Assembly: GCA_045577735.1 (NCBI GenBank)
Contig: JAZNIY010000025.1
Location: forward strand, 130,007-194,006
DNA: 64,000 bases
Reading direction: 5' to 3'
Source: Candidatus Stercoripulliclostridium sp.
GTDB lineage: Bacteria; Bacillota; Clostridia; Christensenellales; DTU072
Shown: piece by piece, positions 54,440 through 63,879 of the stretch
How the letters are laid out: every line of letters begins with the position of its first letter
Position numbering within the stretch: the stretch's first letter is position 1
The notes under the pieces: generated by a model
What the model was told of the DNA's origin: nothing
The model's input: only the letters and a program-made list of their open reading frames with translations
Database searches by the model: none
Program-made: the position numbers and the translations under genes

Positions 54440-55366
54440 ATGAAAGTCACAATTTCGGGCTTTTATGATGAAGTTAGCCTAAAACTAGATAAACAAATAG
54501 CATTACTAAACGAACTGGGCGAAAAATACATGTGTCCTCGTATGTTGGACGGCAAAAACATCGCCGATTATACCCTAGAAGAGTTTGTTAGCAACGTTAA
54601 GCCACGCCTTGACGAGCACGGCATCAAATTCAGTTCTATCGGCAGTCCCATTGGTAAGGTGGACATCAATGACGAGGCAGGTTTTGAAAAACAATTAAAA
54701 CAACTTGAAGAACTTGTTAAGATTTGCGAAGTTATGAACTGCAAATACATAAGAATGTTCAGCTTCTTTATGCCTAAAAATTGCGATCCCCAAAAGTATC
54801 GCGACAAGGTACTGGAAAAACTTGCTAAATTCTTGGACGTCGTGGAAAATAGCTCCATAATCCTACTTCACGAAAACGAGAAAGAGATTTACGGTGACGT
54901 ACACGAGCGTTGTCTGGACCTATATCACACTTTAAATCATCCTCAATTCAAACTCATTTACGATGCTTCCAACTTTATTCAAGTAGGATGTAATCCTAAC
55001 GTAGCGTATGAAGCTGTAAAAGAGTACGTTGTATACTATCATATGAAAGATTGTGATGCGGAAACCAACGTAGAAATGCCTCTTGGGTTGGGATTTACCG
55101 ATTATAAGGCAATTTTTAAAGATTTGGAAGAGCGTGGTTACGAAGGCTTTATGACTTTGGAGCCTCACACCCAAAAATATGCCCTCGGTAGAAGAGTGAT
55201 GGGCTTCTTGCCTTTCTTGAAATTCGTTAAACCCGACTTTTACAAGGGGTTCCGCAAGATAGACAAGAAACTAGGCGTTTCCTTGTTTAAGAAAATAACG
55301 CCCAAAGACGTATTCATTATGCAATACGAAAACTTGAAGAAATTCCTAGAAGAAGCAGGTAGATAA
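54440..55366 (+). CDS. sugar phosphate isomerase/epimerase (xylose isomerase-like TIM barrel)
   Basis: YIRMFSF, LLHENE, HMKD and TLEPH metal-ligand pattern of the AP_endonuc_2 fold. Confidence 0.7.
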   Translation: MKVTISGFYDEVSLKLDKQIALLNELGEKYMCPRMLDGKNIADYTLEEFVSNVKPRLDEHGIKFSSIGSPIGKVDINDEAGFEKQLKQLEELVKICEVMNCKYIRMFSFFMPKNCDPQKYRDKVLEKLAKFLDVVENSSIILLHENEKEIYGDVHERCLDLYHTLNHPQFKLIYDASNFIQVGCNPNVAYEAVKEYVVYYHMKDCDAETNVEMPLGLGFTDYKAIFKDLEERGYEGFMTLEPHTQKYALGRRVMGFLPFLKFVKPDFYKGFRKIDKKLGVSLFKKITPKDVFIMQYENLKKFLEEAGR

Positions 55367-55367
55367 T

Positions 55368-56519
55368 ATGGAAAAGTTAAGATATGGTATAATTGGCGTT
55401 GGTAAACAAGGTTCTAAGTATGCTTTAATTCTTACCACCGGACTTATAAAGAATGCCACTCTTAGCGCCGTATGTGACGTTGATGAGGGGCGCATTAAGT
55501 GGGCAAAGGAAAAATTGGAGCCCAAAGGCATAAAGGTTTTTACCGACTATAAAGAAATGATTGATAGTGGATTGTGCGATGCCGTTATGGTAGAAACTCC
55601 TCACTATGATCACCCCACGATTGCAACCTATTCTTTGAGTAAGAATATTCACACTCTAATCGATAAGCCGGCTGGCGTATATACCAAAGCAATTAGAGAA
55701 CTTAACGAATATGCTGAAGAAAAGGCAAAAGAGGGCGTTAAGTTTGGTATTATGTATAACCAACGTACCAATCCTTTGTATAAGTATGCAAAAGAACTTG
55801 TAGAAGCCGGTAGAATAGGTGAGTTAAAGCGCATTAACTGGATTATTACCGATTGGTATCGTCCCCAAGCATACTATGACCAAGGTGGTTGGAGAGGAAC
55901 TTGGGAAGGTGAAGGCGGCGGGGTTTTAATTAACCAATGTCCTCACCAACTAGACCTATTCCAATGGCTGGGTGGAATGCCCAGTAGCATACGTGGCTAT
56001 GCTCAAGTGGGCAAAAATCGTAACATAACCGTTGAAAACGACGTCACTGCATATATGGAATATGCAAATGGTGCAACGGGCTTGTTTATAACTTCTACTC
56101 ATGATTTCCCCGGTACTAACAGGCTGGAAATCGATGGTAACAAGGGTAAGTTGGTAATAGGAGGCAATCGCCTAGAGTTCACTGAGCTTGAAGTAGGCGA
56201 AACCGAATTTAATGCAACAAACAAGAAGTTTATGCCCAAAATCCCCTCCAAAAAGATTGTTAAGAAGATGAGCAAACTTAGAGAGGGTTACATGTATATT
56301 AAAGAACAACACGCAGGAATTATGAAGAATTTCACCAATCACGTTTTGAATGGTGAAAAGCTCATAGCTCCCGGACAAGAGGGCATAAACGGACTAACCA
56401 TATCCAACGCGATTCATCTTTCAAGTTGGCTAGGTAAGGAAGTTAAACTTCCCATTGACGAGGACCTTTATATTGAGGAACTCAATAAACGTATCGAAGA
56501 AGAAAAAAATAACAAATAA
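55368..56519 (+). CDS. Gfo/Idh/MocA family oxidoreductase
   Basis: N-terminal Rossmann LRYGIIGVGKQG, EKP-like DKPAG motif, C-terminal alpha/beta domain. Confidence 0.8.
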   Translation: MEKLRYGIIGVGKQGSKYALILTTGLIKNATLSAVCDVDEGRIKWAKEKLEPKGIKVFTDYKEMIDSGLCDAVMVETPHYDHPTIATYSLSKNIHTLIDKPAGVYTKAIRELNEYAEEKAKEGVKFGIMYNQRTNPLYKYAKELVEAGRIGELKRINWIITDWYRPQAYYDQGGWRGTWEGEGGGVLINQCPHQLDLFQWLGGMPSSIRGYAQVGKNRNITVENDVTAYMEYANGATGLFITSTHDFPGTNRLEIDGNKGKLVIGGNRLEFTELEVGETEFNATNKKFMPKIPSKKIVKKMSKLREGYMYIKEQHAGIMKNFTNHVLNGEKLIAPGQEGINGLTISNAIHLSSWLGKEVKLPIDEDLYIEELNKRIEEEKNNK

Positions 56520-56540
56520 AAAACATTATAAGGAGTAAAT

Positions 56541-58235
56541 ATGAAGACCGGTTGGTACAAAGACGCAGTTTTTTATCAAATCTATCCCAGAAGCTTTTGC
56601 GATTCTAACGGCGATGGTATTGGCGATATTCGTGGTATCATTTCCAAGCTTGACTATCTAAAAGACCTTGGCGTTAACGCTGTATGGCTCTCTCCCGTTT
56701 ACAAGACCCCAAATGACGATAACGGCTACGATATTTCCGACTATCGTGACATCAATCCCGAATTTGGTACTCTTGACGACTGGAAAGAAATGATAGCAGG
56801 AATGCACGAGCGTGGCATTAAGCTAGTTATGGACCTCGTTGTAAACCATACCTCTGACGAGCACGCTTGGTTCCAAGAATCAAAGAAGAGCAAGGACAAT
56901 CCTTATCGTGATTACTATATTTGGAGAAAGGGCAGAGGCAAAGACGGCAAACGTCCTCCAAACAATTGGTCATCTCGTTTCGTAGGTCCCGCTTGGGATT
57001 ATGATGAAACCACGGGTGAATGGTATCTTCACTTGTTCAGCAAAAAGCAACCCGACCTCAACTGGGAAAATCCTAAAGTTAGACAAGAAGTTATAGACAT
57101 TTGTAACTATTGGTTTGAACTCGGCGTAGATGGTTTCCGTTGTGACGTTATTACCTATATCAGCAAGGTTGAGGGCCTACCTAACGGCAAATGGAATCCC
57201 GTAATGTGTGGTGACGAACATTTTGTTCTTGGTCCAAACATTCACGAATATCTTAACCAAGTCAACCGTGAAGCATGGTCAAAGTACGACACTATGATCG
57301 TTGGTGAAGCTATTGGCTGTAAGTACGTTGATGCTCCTTCCATCATTGCAGAGAGCCGTCACGAACTCGATAGCGCCATTACCTTCGAACTAATGGAAGT
57401 TGATATGTGGATGAACTTCTTCCCCTTGAAGCTCAACCTTCCCAAGTTCAAAGCGGTACAACGTGGATGGCAAAATCTACCCAAGGAGTGCTGGAATACC
57501 TTGTATTATGAAAACCACGATCAACCTCGTTCCATCACCCGTTATGGTAATGGCCGTGGCATATACAGAAAGGAACTTGGCAAGATGCTAGCAGTTTCCT
57601 ACTTTATGCTTCGTGGTACTCCTTACGTTTATGAGGGTCAAGAAATTGGTATGACCAATATCGACCTCAAGCAAGAGGAATACGTTGACATTATGGCAAC
57701 CCGTATATTCAGTATTATTGGTAAGGTAGCACCCTTCCTAATGCCTATTGCACGTTGGGCAATGAGTAAGCGCGCAAGAGACCATGCAAGAACACCTATG
57801 CAATGGGAAGATAAGACTGGCGCAGGCTTTACTACCGGTAAACCTTGGATGAAGATTAACCGTAACCTTGGTGAAATCAACGTTGCACACGATCTTAAGA
57901 ATCCCAATTCTATTTTGAACTTCTACAAAGAACTTATTGCATTTAGAAAGGGCAATGAAGTTATCCGTGATGGTGAATTCATTGAATACTTTGAAAAACA
58001 TAGAAAGGTATATTGCTACGAAAGAAACCTTAATGGACATCGCTACATAGTAATTTGTAACTTTGCAGAAAAGAACGTAAGCCTAAACGTAGATACCATT
58101 CCCAATGCTAAAGAAGCAGAACTTATAATTCATAACTGGGAAGGTCAACAACAAAAGTTGGGAGATAGTATTCGTTTGCGTCCTTATGAAGCCGTCGTAT
58201 ACGAGATTGGTGGAGTATCGAAGTGTGAAAAATAA
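56541..58235 (+). CDS. GH13_31-type alpha-glucosidase (oligo-1,6-glucosidase/glucan 1,6-alpha-glucosidase-like)
   Basis: WYKDAVFYQIYPRSF, DLVVNHTSDEH, GFRCDVI, VGEA and YENHDQPR conserved regions. Confidence 0.85.
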   Translation: MKTGWYKDAVFYQIYPRSFCDSNGDGIGDIRGIISKLDYLKDLGVNAVWLSPVYKTPNDDNGYDISDYRDINPEFGTLDDWKEMIAGMHERGIKLVMDLVVNHTSDEHAWFQESKKSKDNPYRDYYIWRKGRGKDGKRPPNNWSSRFVGPAWDYDETTGEWYLHLFSKKQPDLNWENPKVRQEVIDICNYWFELGVDGFRCDVITYISKVEGLPNGKWNPVMCGDEHFVLGPNIHEYLNQVNREAWSKYDTMIVGEAIGCKYVDAPSIIAESRHELDSAITFELMEVDMWMNFFPLKLNLPKFKAVQRGWQNLPKECWNTLYYENHDQPRSITRYGNGRGIYRKELGKMLAVSYFMLRGTPYVYEGQEIGMTNIDLKQEEYVDIMATRIFSIIGKVAPFLMPIARWAMSKRARDHARTPMQWEDKTGAGFTTGKPWMKINRNLGEINVAHDLKNPNSILNFYKELIAFRKGNEVIRDGEFIEYFEKHRKVYCYERNLNGHRYIVICNFAEKNVSLNVDTIPNAKEAELIIHNWEGQQQKLGDSIRLRPYEAVVYEIGGVSKCEK

Positions 58236-58260
58236 TGTTTCTATATTAAAATAAACCTAA

Positions 58261-58282
58261 AAGCCACTCGCAAGAGTGGCTT
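58261..58282. terminator. terminator hairpin H1
   Basis: AAGCCACTC-GCAA-GAGTGGCTT followed by TCTTTT. Confidence 0.7.
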
Positions 58283-58286
58283 TCTT

Positions 58287-58391
58287 TTAATAATCTTTTC
58301 TTCCTAATAGGAAATCAATAGAAACGTCAAAAAAGTCTGCAATCGCGCATAAATCAGATAAAGAAGGCTCGATTTTGCCACTTTCAAGGTA
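58287..58391 (-). pseudogene. remnant of an XRE-family HTH gene (C-terminal ~35 codons only)
   Basis: The minus-strand translation ISYLESGKIEPSLSDLCAIADFFDVSIDFLLGRKDY-stop is the typical C-terminal half of an HTH_3 domain. It is preceded by an in-frame stop and has no N-terminal helices. Confidence 0.6.
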
Positions 58392-58405
58392 TGAAATTTA
58401 TTAGA

Positions 58406-58566
58406 ATGCCATTATGGTTGGCAATATTATTAGTATTTATAGTTGATATACCACTTTTAATTTTTGGCATAAGAGTGGTGGAGAGTTACTTACAACATCT
58501 ATTATTGTTTTGGTAATAAACGTAGTAATGATAATTTATAAATTAGTTAAAAGCAGATTTTATTAA
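58406..58566 (+). pseudogene. possible frameshifted small two-helix membrane protein gene
   Basis: MPLWLAILLVFIVDIPLLIFGIRVVESYLQHLLLFW-stop runs over 58406-58516. A second hydrophobic segment, SIIVLVINVVMIIYKLVKSRFY-stop, continues in another frame to 58566. Confidence 0.35.
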
Positions 58567-58578
58567 GCATAACAAAAA

Positions 58579-58598
58579 AGCCACTCTAATGAGTGGCT
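58579..58598. terminator. terminator hairpin H2 (near-duplicate of H1), serves gap
   Basis: A6-GCCACTC-TAAT-GAGTGGCT-CTCTTTTTT. Confidence 0.7.
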
Positions 58599-58620
58599 CT
58601 CTTTTTTAGTTTGAACTTAA

Positions 58621-59640
58621 TTATTTGAGTTCGCTGAAGTACTTGATGGTTCTAACCATTTGGCTGGTGTAGCTGTTTTCGTTATCGTACCAAGATACTA
58701 CTTGAACTTGGCTGTTGCCATCTTCCATGTTCATAACCATGGTTTGGGTTGCATCGAAGATTGAACCATAGGTGCTACCGATGATGTCGCTGGAAACGAT
58801 TTGGTCTTCGTTGTAAGCATAAGATTCGGTTGCAGCTGCCTTCATAGCTTCGTTGATGCCTTCCTTGGTTACGGTGCCTTCAACAACAGCGATAAGGATG
58901 GTGGTGGAACCGGTAGGGGTGGGAACGCGTTGTGCGGAACCGATGAGTTTGCCGTTTAGTTCGGGGATAACAAGACCGATAGCCTTTGCAGCGCCGGTGC
59001 TGTTGGGAACGATGTTAACTGCGCAAGCTCTGGAACGACGAAGGTCACCCTTTCTTTGAGGACCGTCAAGAGGCATTTGGTCACCGGTATAAGCGTGAAC
59101 GGTGGTCATGATACCGCTCTTGATAGGAGCATAATCGTTAAGAGCCTTAGCCATAGGAGCAAGACAGTTGGTGGTGCAAGATGCAGCACTGATGATGTTG
59201 TCTTCTGCGGTAAGGGTGGTGTGGTTTACGTTATAAACGATGGTGGGTAGGTCGTTGCCTGCGGGAGCAGAGATAACAACTTTACGAGCACCTGCGTCGA
59301 TGTGTGCTTGAGCCTTTGCCTTGGAAGTATAGAAACCGGTACATTCCAATACTACGTCAACCTTGAGTTCGCCCCAGGGAAGTTCTGCAGCGTTAGCTTT
59401 AGCATAAATGGTGATTTCTTTGCCATCTACGATAATGCTGTTATCGGTAGCTTCTACTTTGTGAGAATTAGCATAGTTGCCTTGGGTGCTGTCATACTTT
59501 AGAAGATGAGCGAGCATTTTGGGGCTGGTTAGGTCGTTGATAGCTACAACTTCATAACCTTCTGCGCCGAACATTTGTCTGAAAGCCAAACGGCCGATTC
59601 TGCCGAAGCCATTGATAGCAACTCTTACGTTATTTGCCAT
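58621..59640 (-). CDS. gap: type I glyceraldehyde-3-phosphate dehydrogenase
   Basis: INGFGRIGR, the SCTTNCLAP catalytic Cys motif, and WYDNE. SD GGAGGA. Confidence 0.95.
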   Translation of the reverse strand: MANNVRVAINGFGRIGRLAFRQMFGAEGYEVVAINDLTSPKMLAHLLKYDSTQGNYANSHKVEATDNSIIVDGKEITIYAKANAAELPWGELKVDVVLECTGFYTSKAKAQAHIDAGARKVVISAPAGNDLPTIVYNVNHTTLTAEDNIISAASCTTNCLAPMAKALNDYAPIKSGIMTTVHAYTGDQMPLDGPQRKGDLRRSRACAVNIVPNSTGAAKAIGLVIPELNGKLIGSAQRVPTPTGSTTILIAVVEGTVTKEGINEAMKAAATESYAYNEDQIVSSDIIGSTYGSIFDATQTMVMNMEDGNSQVQVVSWYDNENSYTSQMVRTIKYFSELK

Positions 59641-59677
59641 ATTGATTGTCCTCCATAGAGTTTATTATTGATTTTGA

Positions 59678-59715
59678 TTATAGATATTATATCTATAAAG
59701 AAAAGGTTTTTGCAA
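59678..59715 (-). promoter_or_regulatory. gap promoter with a perfect 21-bp palindrome over the -10 box
   Basis: On the minus strand: TTGCAA (59710-59715), 18 nt, TATAAT (59686-59691). The palindrome TTATAGATAT-T-ATATCTATAA spans 59678-59698. Confidence 0.55.
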
Positions 59716-59756
59716 CTGTTTTACACAAGTTACTCAAACCTTTTCGCATTTTTTAA

Positions 59757-62159
59757 TTATTTTGCTACGATATTAATAATCTTATCTTTTACGTAGATTA
59801 TTTTCATTACGGTAAGTCCGTCTAGAACGTGTAGTTCGTTTACCTTTTCCATTACTTCGTCTTGACTTGCGCCACGAGCAACTGTTACTCTTCCCTTTAG
59901 CTTGCCCATTACTTGAACGGGGATTTCAATGCTGTCTTCAACAAGCTTTGCAGGGTCGAATTTGGGCCAGCTTGCCTTTTCTAGTTTTTCGCCGGTTACG
60001 ATTTCGTAAACTTCACTAGTTAGGTGAGGGGCAACTGGGTTTAGGAGCAAGCATAGGGTAGTGAGCTCTTTCTTGGTAACCTTGCCACGTGAAGATATGG
60101 TGTTAAGAGCAGTCATTATCTTTGCAATAGCAGTATTAAACTTGCAAGCTTCGTAATCGTCACTAACTGCTTTAACAAGTGCATCAAGGTTAAGGTCGCT
60201 GGTGTCGCAGTTGTCAACTAGTAGGTCTTGTAAGGTCCAGAATCTTTGGTGGAAGCGGTTGCAACCCTTAATGCCTTCTGCACTCCAAGGAGCGGGCTTT
60301 TCATAGTCGCCTATAAACATAATGAATAGACGAAGAACGTCTGCACCATATTGCTTTACTACGTCGTCGGGGTTAACTACGTTACCACGAGATTTACTCA
60401 TCTTTTCGCCGTCTGCACCTAGTATTAAGCCTTGGTAGGATCTTCTAACGTAGGGCTCTTCGTGTGCTACAACACCGATGTCGTAAAGGAATTGGTTCCA
60501 GAAACGGCTGTAGATAAGGTGGCGAGTTACGTGTTCCATACCACCGTTGTACCAGTCTACTTGTCCCCAATATTTGTGTGCATCGGGGTTAACGACGTGG
60601 TTGTTATCTTTGGGGCTTTGGTAGCGTAGGAAGTACCAACTTGAACCAGCCCATTGTGGCATGGTGTCGGTTTCACGCTTGGAGGGAGCACCACAAATAG
60701 GACAGGTGGTGTTTACCCAATCAGTGCACTTGGTAAGAGGACTGGTGCCGTCGTCGGTGGGAGTAAAGTCTTCAAGGGTGGGGAGGGTTAAAGGTAGTTC
60801 ACTTTCGGGAACGGTAACTTGACCACAGTGAGGACAATTAATAATAGGAATAGGTTCGCCCCAGTATCTTTGACGGTTGAAAGCCCAGTCTTTCATCTTG
60901 TAATCGGTCTTAGCGTGACCAACGCCAAGTTCTTCCATTTTTTCTATCATCTTAGCAATAGCAGGCTTTACTTGAAGTCCGTTGATGAAATCGCTGTTTA
61001 CCATAACGCCTGCGCCTTCTTTTGCACAGTAAGGTTCTTCTTGAACGTCAACGTCACTCTTAATAACTTCTATGATAGGAAGATTATATTTCTTTGCAAA
61101 ATCCCAGTCGCGTTTGTCGTGTGCGGGAACGGCCATAATAGCGCCGGTACCGTAATCCATCATTACGTAGTCTGCGGTGAATAGTGGGATTTCGGCTCCC
61201 GTAATTGGGTTAATGGCAACCATACCTTCAACCTTAATACCGGTTTTGTCCTTGTTTACTTGTACGCGGTCAAACTCTTTCTTTAGCTTTGCAGCTTCTT
61301 GGTATGCGCTAACTTCTTCACTGTTAACAATATATTCTTTGTTGTCGCGAAGTAGGGGGTGTTCTGGGGAAACTACTAGGAAGGTAGCACCAAAAATGGT
61401 GTCGGGACGAGTGGTATAAACTACCAAGGGATACTCGTTGTTACCATACTTAACTTTGAATGTAACTTCAGCACCTTGGGATTTGCCGATCCAGTTTTGT
61501 TGCTCGGTTTTAATTCTTTCGGGGAAGTTTACGTTTTCTAGACCGGTAAGTAGTCTTTCTGCATAGTCACGAATTTTTAGGAACCAAACGTCTTTTTCCT
61601 TTTGAACTACTTCTGCACCACAACGGTCACAAATGCCTCCTTGGCTTTCTTCGTTTGCAAGAACGACCTTGCATTTTGGACAGAAGTTAACGGTAGTGGT
61701 TGCTTTGTAAGCAAGGCCCTTTTTGAAGAGTTGAATGAAAATCCATTGCGTCCACTTGTAGTAATCAGGGTCGGTGGTATCAATGGTACGTGCCCAATCA
61801 AAGCTGTAACCAACTTGCTTTAGTTGCTTTTCGAATTGTTTAATATTTCTATCGGTAACGATACGGGGGTGTTGCTTGGTTTGCATAGCATAGTTTTCGG
61901 TGGGTAGACCGAAAGCGTCGTAACCAATGGGGAACAATACGTTGTAACCTTCAAGACGCTTTTTCCTTGCAATAACTTCCATGGAAGAGAAAGCTCTTAT
62001 GTGTCCAACGTGCAAACCTGCACCGCTGGGATAGGGAAACTCGATTAGACCATAAAACTTGGGCTTAGAGGGGTCTTCATCGGTTTCAAAAACCTTACCG
62101 TCGTACCAGTAATCTTGCCATTTTTTCTCGACTTTAGAAAAATCGTATTTTTGTGCCAT
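59757..62159 (-). CDS. leuS: leucine-tRNA ligase
   Basis: HVGH (HIGH) and KMSKS class I motifs, CP1 editing domain, zinc-binding CxxC pairs, 800 aa. Confidence 0.95.
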   Translation of the reverse strand: MAQKYDFSKVEKKWQDYWYDGKVFETDEDPSKPKFYGLIEFPYPSGAGLHVGHIRAFSSMEVIARKKRLEGYNVLFPIGYDAFGLPTENYAMQTKQHPRIVTDRNIKQFEKQLKQVGYSFDWARTIDTTDPDYYKWTQWIFIQLFKKGLAYKATTTVNFCPKCKVVLANEESQGGICDRCGAEVVQKEKDVWFLKIRDYAERLLTGLENVNFPERIKTEQQNWIGKSQGAEVTFKVKYGNNEYPLVVYTTRPDTIFGATFLVVSPEHPLLRDNKEYIVNSEEVSAYQEAAKLKKEFDRVQVNKDKTGIKVEGMVAINPITGAEIPLFTADYVMMDYGTGAIMAVPAHDKRDWDFAKKYNLPIIEVIKSDVDVQEEPYCAKEGAGVMVNSDFINGLQVKPAIAKMIEKMEELGVGHAKTDYKMKDWAFNRQRYWGEPIPIINCPHCGQVTVPESELPLTLPTLEDFTPTDDGTSPLTKCTDWVNTTCPICGAPSKRETDTMPQWAGSSWYFLRYQSPKDNNHVVNPDAHKYWGQVDWYNGGMEHVTRHLIYSRFWNQFLYDIGVVAHEEPYVRRSYQGLILGADGEKMSKSRGNVVNPDDVVKQYGADVLRLFIMFIGDYEKPAPWSAEGIKGCNRFHQRFWTLQDLLVDNCDTSDLNLDALVKAVSDDYEACKFNTAIAKIMTALNTISSRGKVTKKELTTLCLLLNPVAPHLTSEVYEIVTGEKLEKASWPKFDPAKLVEDSIEIPVQVMGKLKGRVTVARGASQDEVMEKVNELHVLDGLTVMKIIYVKDKIINIVAK

Positions 62160-62193
62160 AATTTTTACTTCCTATTAAAAATTTATCCTAAAT

Positions 62194-62222
62194 AGTATAC
62201 AATAAAGGCGTTTTTTTAGCAA
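62194..62222 (-). promoter_or_regulatory. leuS promoter
   Basis: On the minus strand: TTGCTA, 17 nt, TATACT. The leader of about 35 nt carries SD AGGAAG. Confidence 0.5.
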
Positions 62223-62292
62223 GTATTTGTACTCTATTTCTAATTTTGCACGCGCGTAGGCGCGAATTCACTAAAACAACACATTTTTTATA

Positions 62293-62322
62293 TTGCTTTT
62301 ACACGCGCAAGTAGTGTATAAT
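62293..62322 (+). promoter_or_regulatory. promoter abutting the start codon of the 513-aa gene
   Basis: TTGCTT, 18 nt, TG-TATAAT (62317-62322). The ATG lies 7 nt downstream and there is no SD. Confidence 0.45.
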
Positions 62323-62329
62323 TGCATAT

Positions 62330-63871
62330 ATGGCGAAAATATTCAACTCTCGTATAATTATGCTTACCATTGCTACGATATTGATTATCGCGCTTATTGT
62401 TGCGTGTGTTTTGGTGAGCATTAAGCCCAAGAGCGAATATAAGGGAGTGCTAGAGGTTGACGAGGTCATAAAAACGGACAACGTCCTTTATAGTTTGGAA
62501 ACGGAAAAACAATTCAAAGGGGACGTGGGCGACTTTTTGGAGAAGATGCTGGCATCTTTTTTCGACAGGTTTGAAATTGATGGAGAGAAGATAGATTTTG
62601 ACGTAGAAATTAAGAATTCTTCCATTGTTGCCAATCCCTTGCTTTCCATTTTTTCAAAAGCAGCAATCCCTTCTGATAAGTTGCTTAATTTTTCTTCTTA
62701 TCTGAAAGGGTTGAATACCGATGATGCGGTCGTAGAAATATGGCTCTTCTTAATAAAAATTGAAGAGGATCCTAATGGAGAAGGCTACGTAGCACGTTTT
62801 TCAACTCCGGCAGAACTTGCCGAGATTTTTACTGGTAAAGTGAATTTAACGTATGCCATAAACGAGATGGTTGCAAACACCGCCCTTACGGCAGAAGAGG
62901 CCGGTAGACTACTCTATGAATTGGTATATTATTTTGCCGACGTTGAACAGCAAGAGGTGCTTGCTAGCATAGGTAGGGCAAGTTTTGTTTCCATATTCGT
63001 TTCCATAACGACTATATATGAAGCATACGCAGAGTTCAGCTTGGTTGGTGGCACTCTTACGGAAGCAAGAATGCTTGGTGAACTTGCCTATGAAACGGGT
63101 GCAAATCTTGACGAATTAATAGAGAGTCACGGTGTACAAACCTTGCTTACTGCTTTGTGGCTTAATAGCGACAACGTTGTGGACGATTCAAAACTTAAAG
63201 ATTTTATTGGCTCTATTAATAATCCCGGAGGCGATTCTAACGTTTCAGGAGAGGTTGATACCTCCAATCTTGCTGACATTCAAGCTGTTAATAACGCGCT
63301 CAAGCAAGGTATAAACGTTGCTGAATTTGCAATATATTTTGCTCGCACTACACTTATGGAAGTAGGAAATGCTCCCTTTGAACATCTTGCAAATTTTTAT
63401 GCTAACGAAAGTGATAACTCGGAATATTACCTTTATCTACATCAAATAACCCTTGCCCGTGCTATTGCAAGTGGCATTGACGATGCTCTTGCGAAAGGTA
63501 GCGTTATTACGGAAAAAGAGGATCTCATAGAAAAACTCGCCAACTTCAAACTAACCGTTGAAGAGGTCGAGGCCCCAATAGATGACCATGCGACCAGAGT
63601 GAATGAGATAAAAGCTTATCTGAGAGAGTATTTCGACACGATATACGCGCTAAGCAATGAGTTTGAGGGCGTAATAGACGTAGAAGACGTAGCAAACCTT
63701 AACGCAGAAGACAGGAATAAACTAATTGGTTATTCTACTACTTTAACCGATATCAATTATAACGAGTTAATGATTGGCGCCGATAGTTTGGCCTCAACGT
63801 TACTAATAAATATAACCTTTAATATTATGAGCCAGGTGATGGAAGACGCGCTTGGTAGCGTAGTAAGCTAG
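62330..63871 (+). CDS. hypothetical N-terminally anchored (TM or lipoprotein, IVAC) alpha-helical protein, 513 aa
   Basis: One N-terminal hydrophobic segment, IIMLTIATILIIALIVACVLV. The remainder is acidic and predicted helical by composition. I recognise no motif. Confidence 0.6.
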   Translation: MAKIFNSRIIMLTIATILIIALIVACVLVSIKPKSEYKGVLEVDEVIKTDNVLYSLETEKQFKGDVGDFLEKMLASFFDRFEIDGEKIDFDVEIKNSSIVANPLLSIFSKAAIPSDKLLNFSSYLKGLNTDDAVVEIWLFLIKIEEDPNGEGYVARFSTPAELAEIFTGKVNLTYAINEMVANTALTAEEAGRLLYELVYYFADVEQQEVLASIGRASFVSIFVSITTIYEAYAEFSLVGGTLTEARMLGELAYETGANLDELIESHGVQTLLTALWLNSDNVVDDSKLKDFIGSINNPGGDSNVSGEVDTSNLADIQAVNNALKQGINVAEFAIYFARTTLMEVGNAPFEHLANFYANESDNSEYYLYLHQITLARAIASGIDDALAKGSVITEKEDLIEKLANFKLTVEEVEAPIDDHATRVNEIKAYLREYFDTIYALSNEFEGVIDVEDVANLNAEDRNKLIGYSTTLTDINYNELMIGADSLASTLLINITFNIMSQVMEDALGSVVS

Positions 63872-63879
63872 GAGAAAAT

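Noticed and set aside
62160-62329. T-box leader upstream of leuS.
   Set aside because: The best promoter (TTGCTA-17-TATACT) leaves a leader of only about 35 nt. There is no specifier-loop/T-box consensus and no terminator-antiterminator pair in the 170-bp intergenic region.
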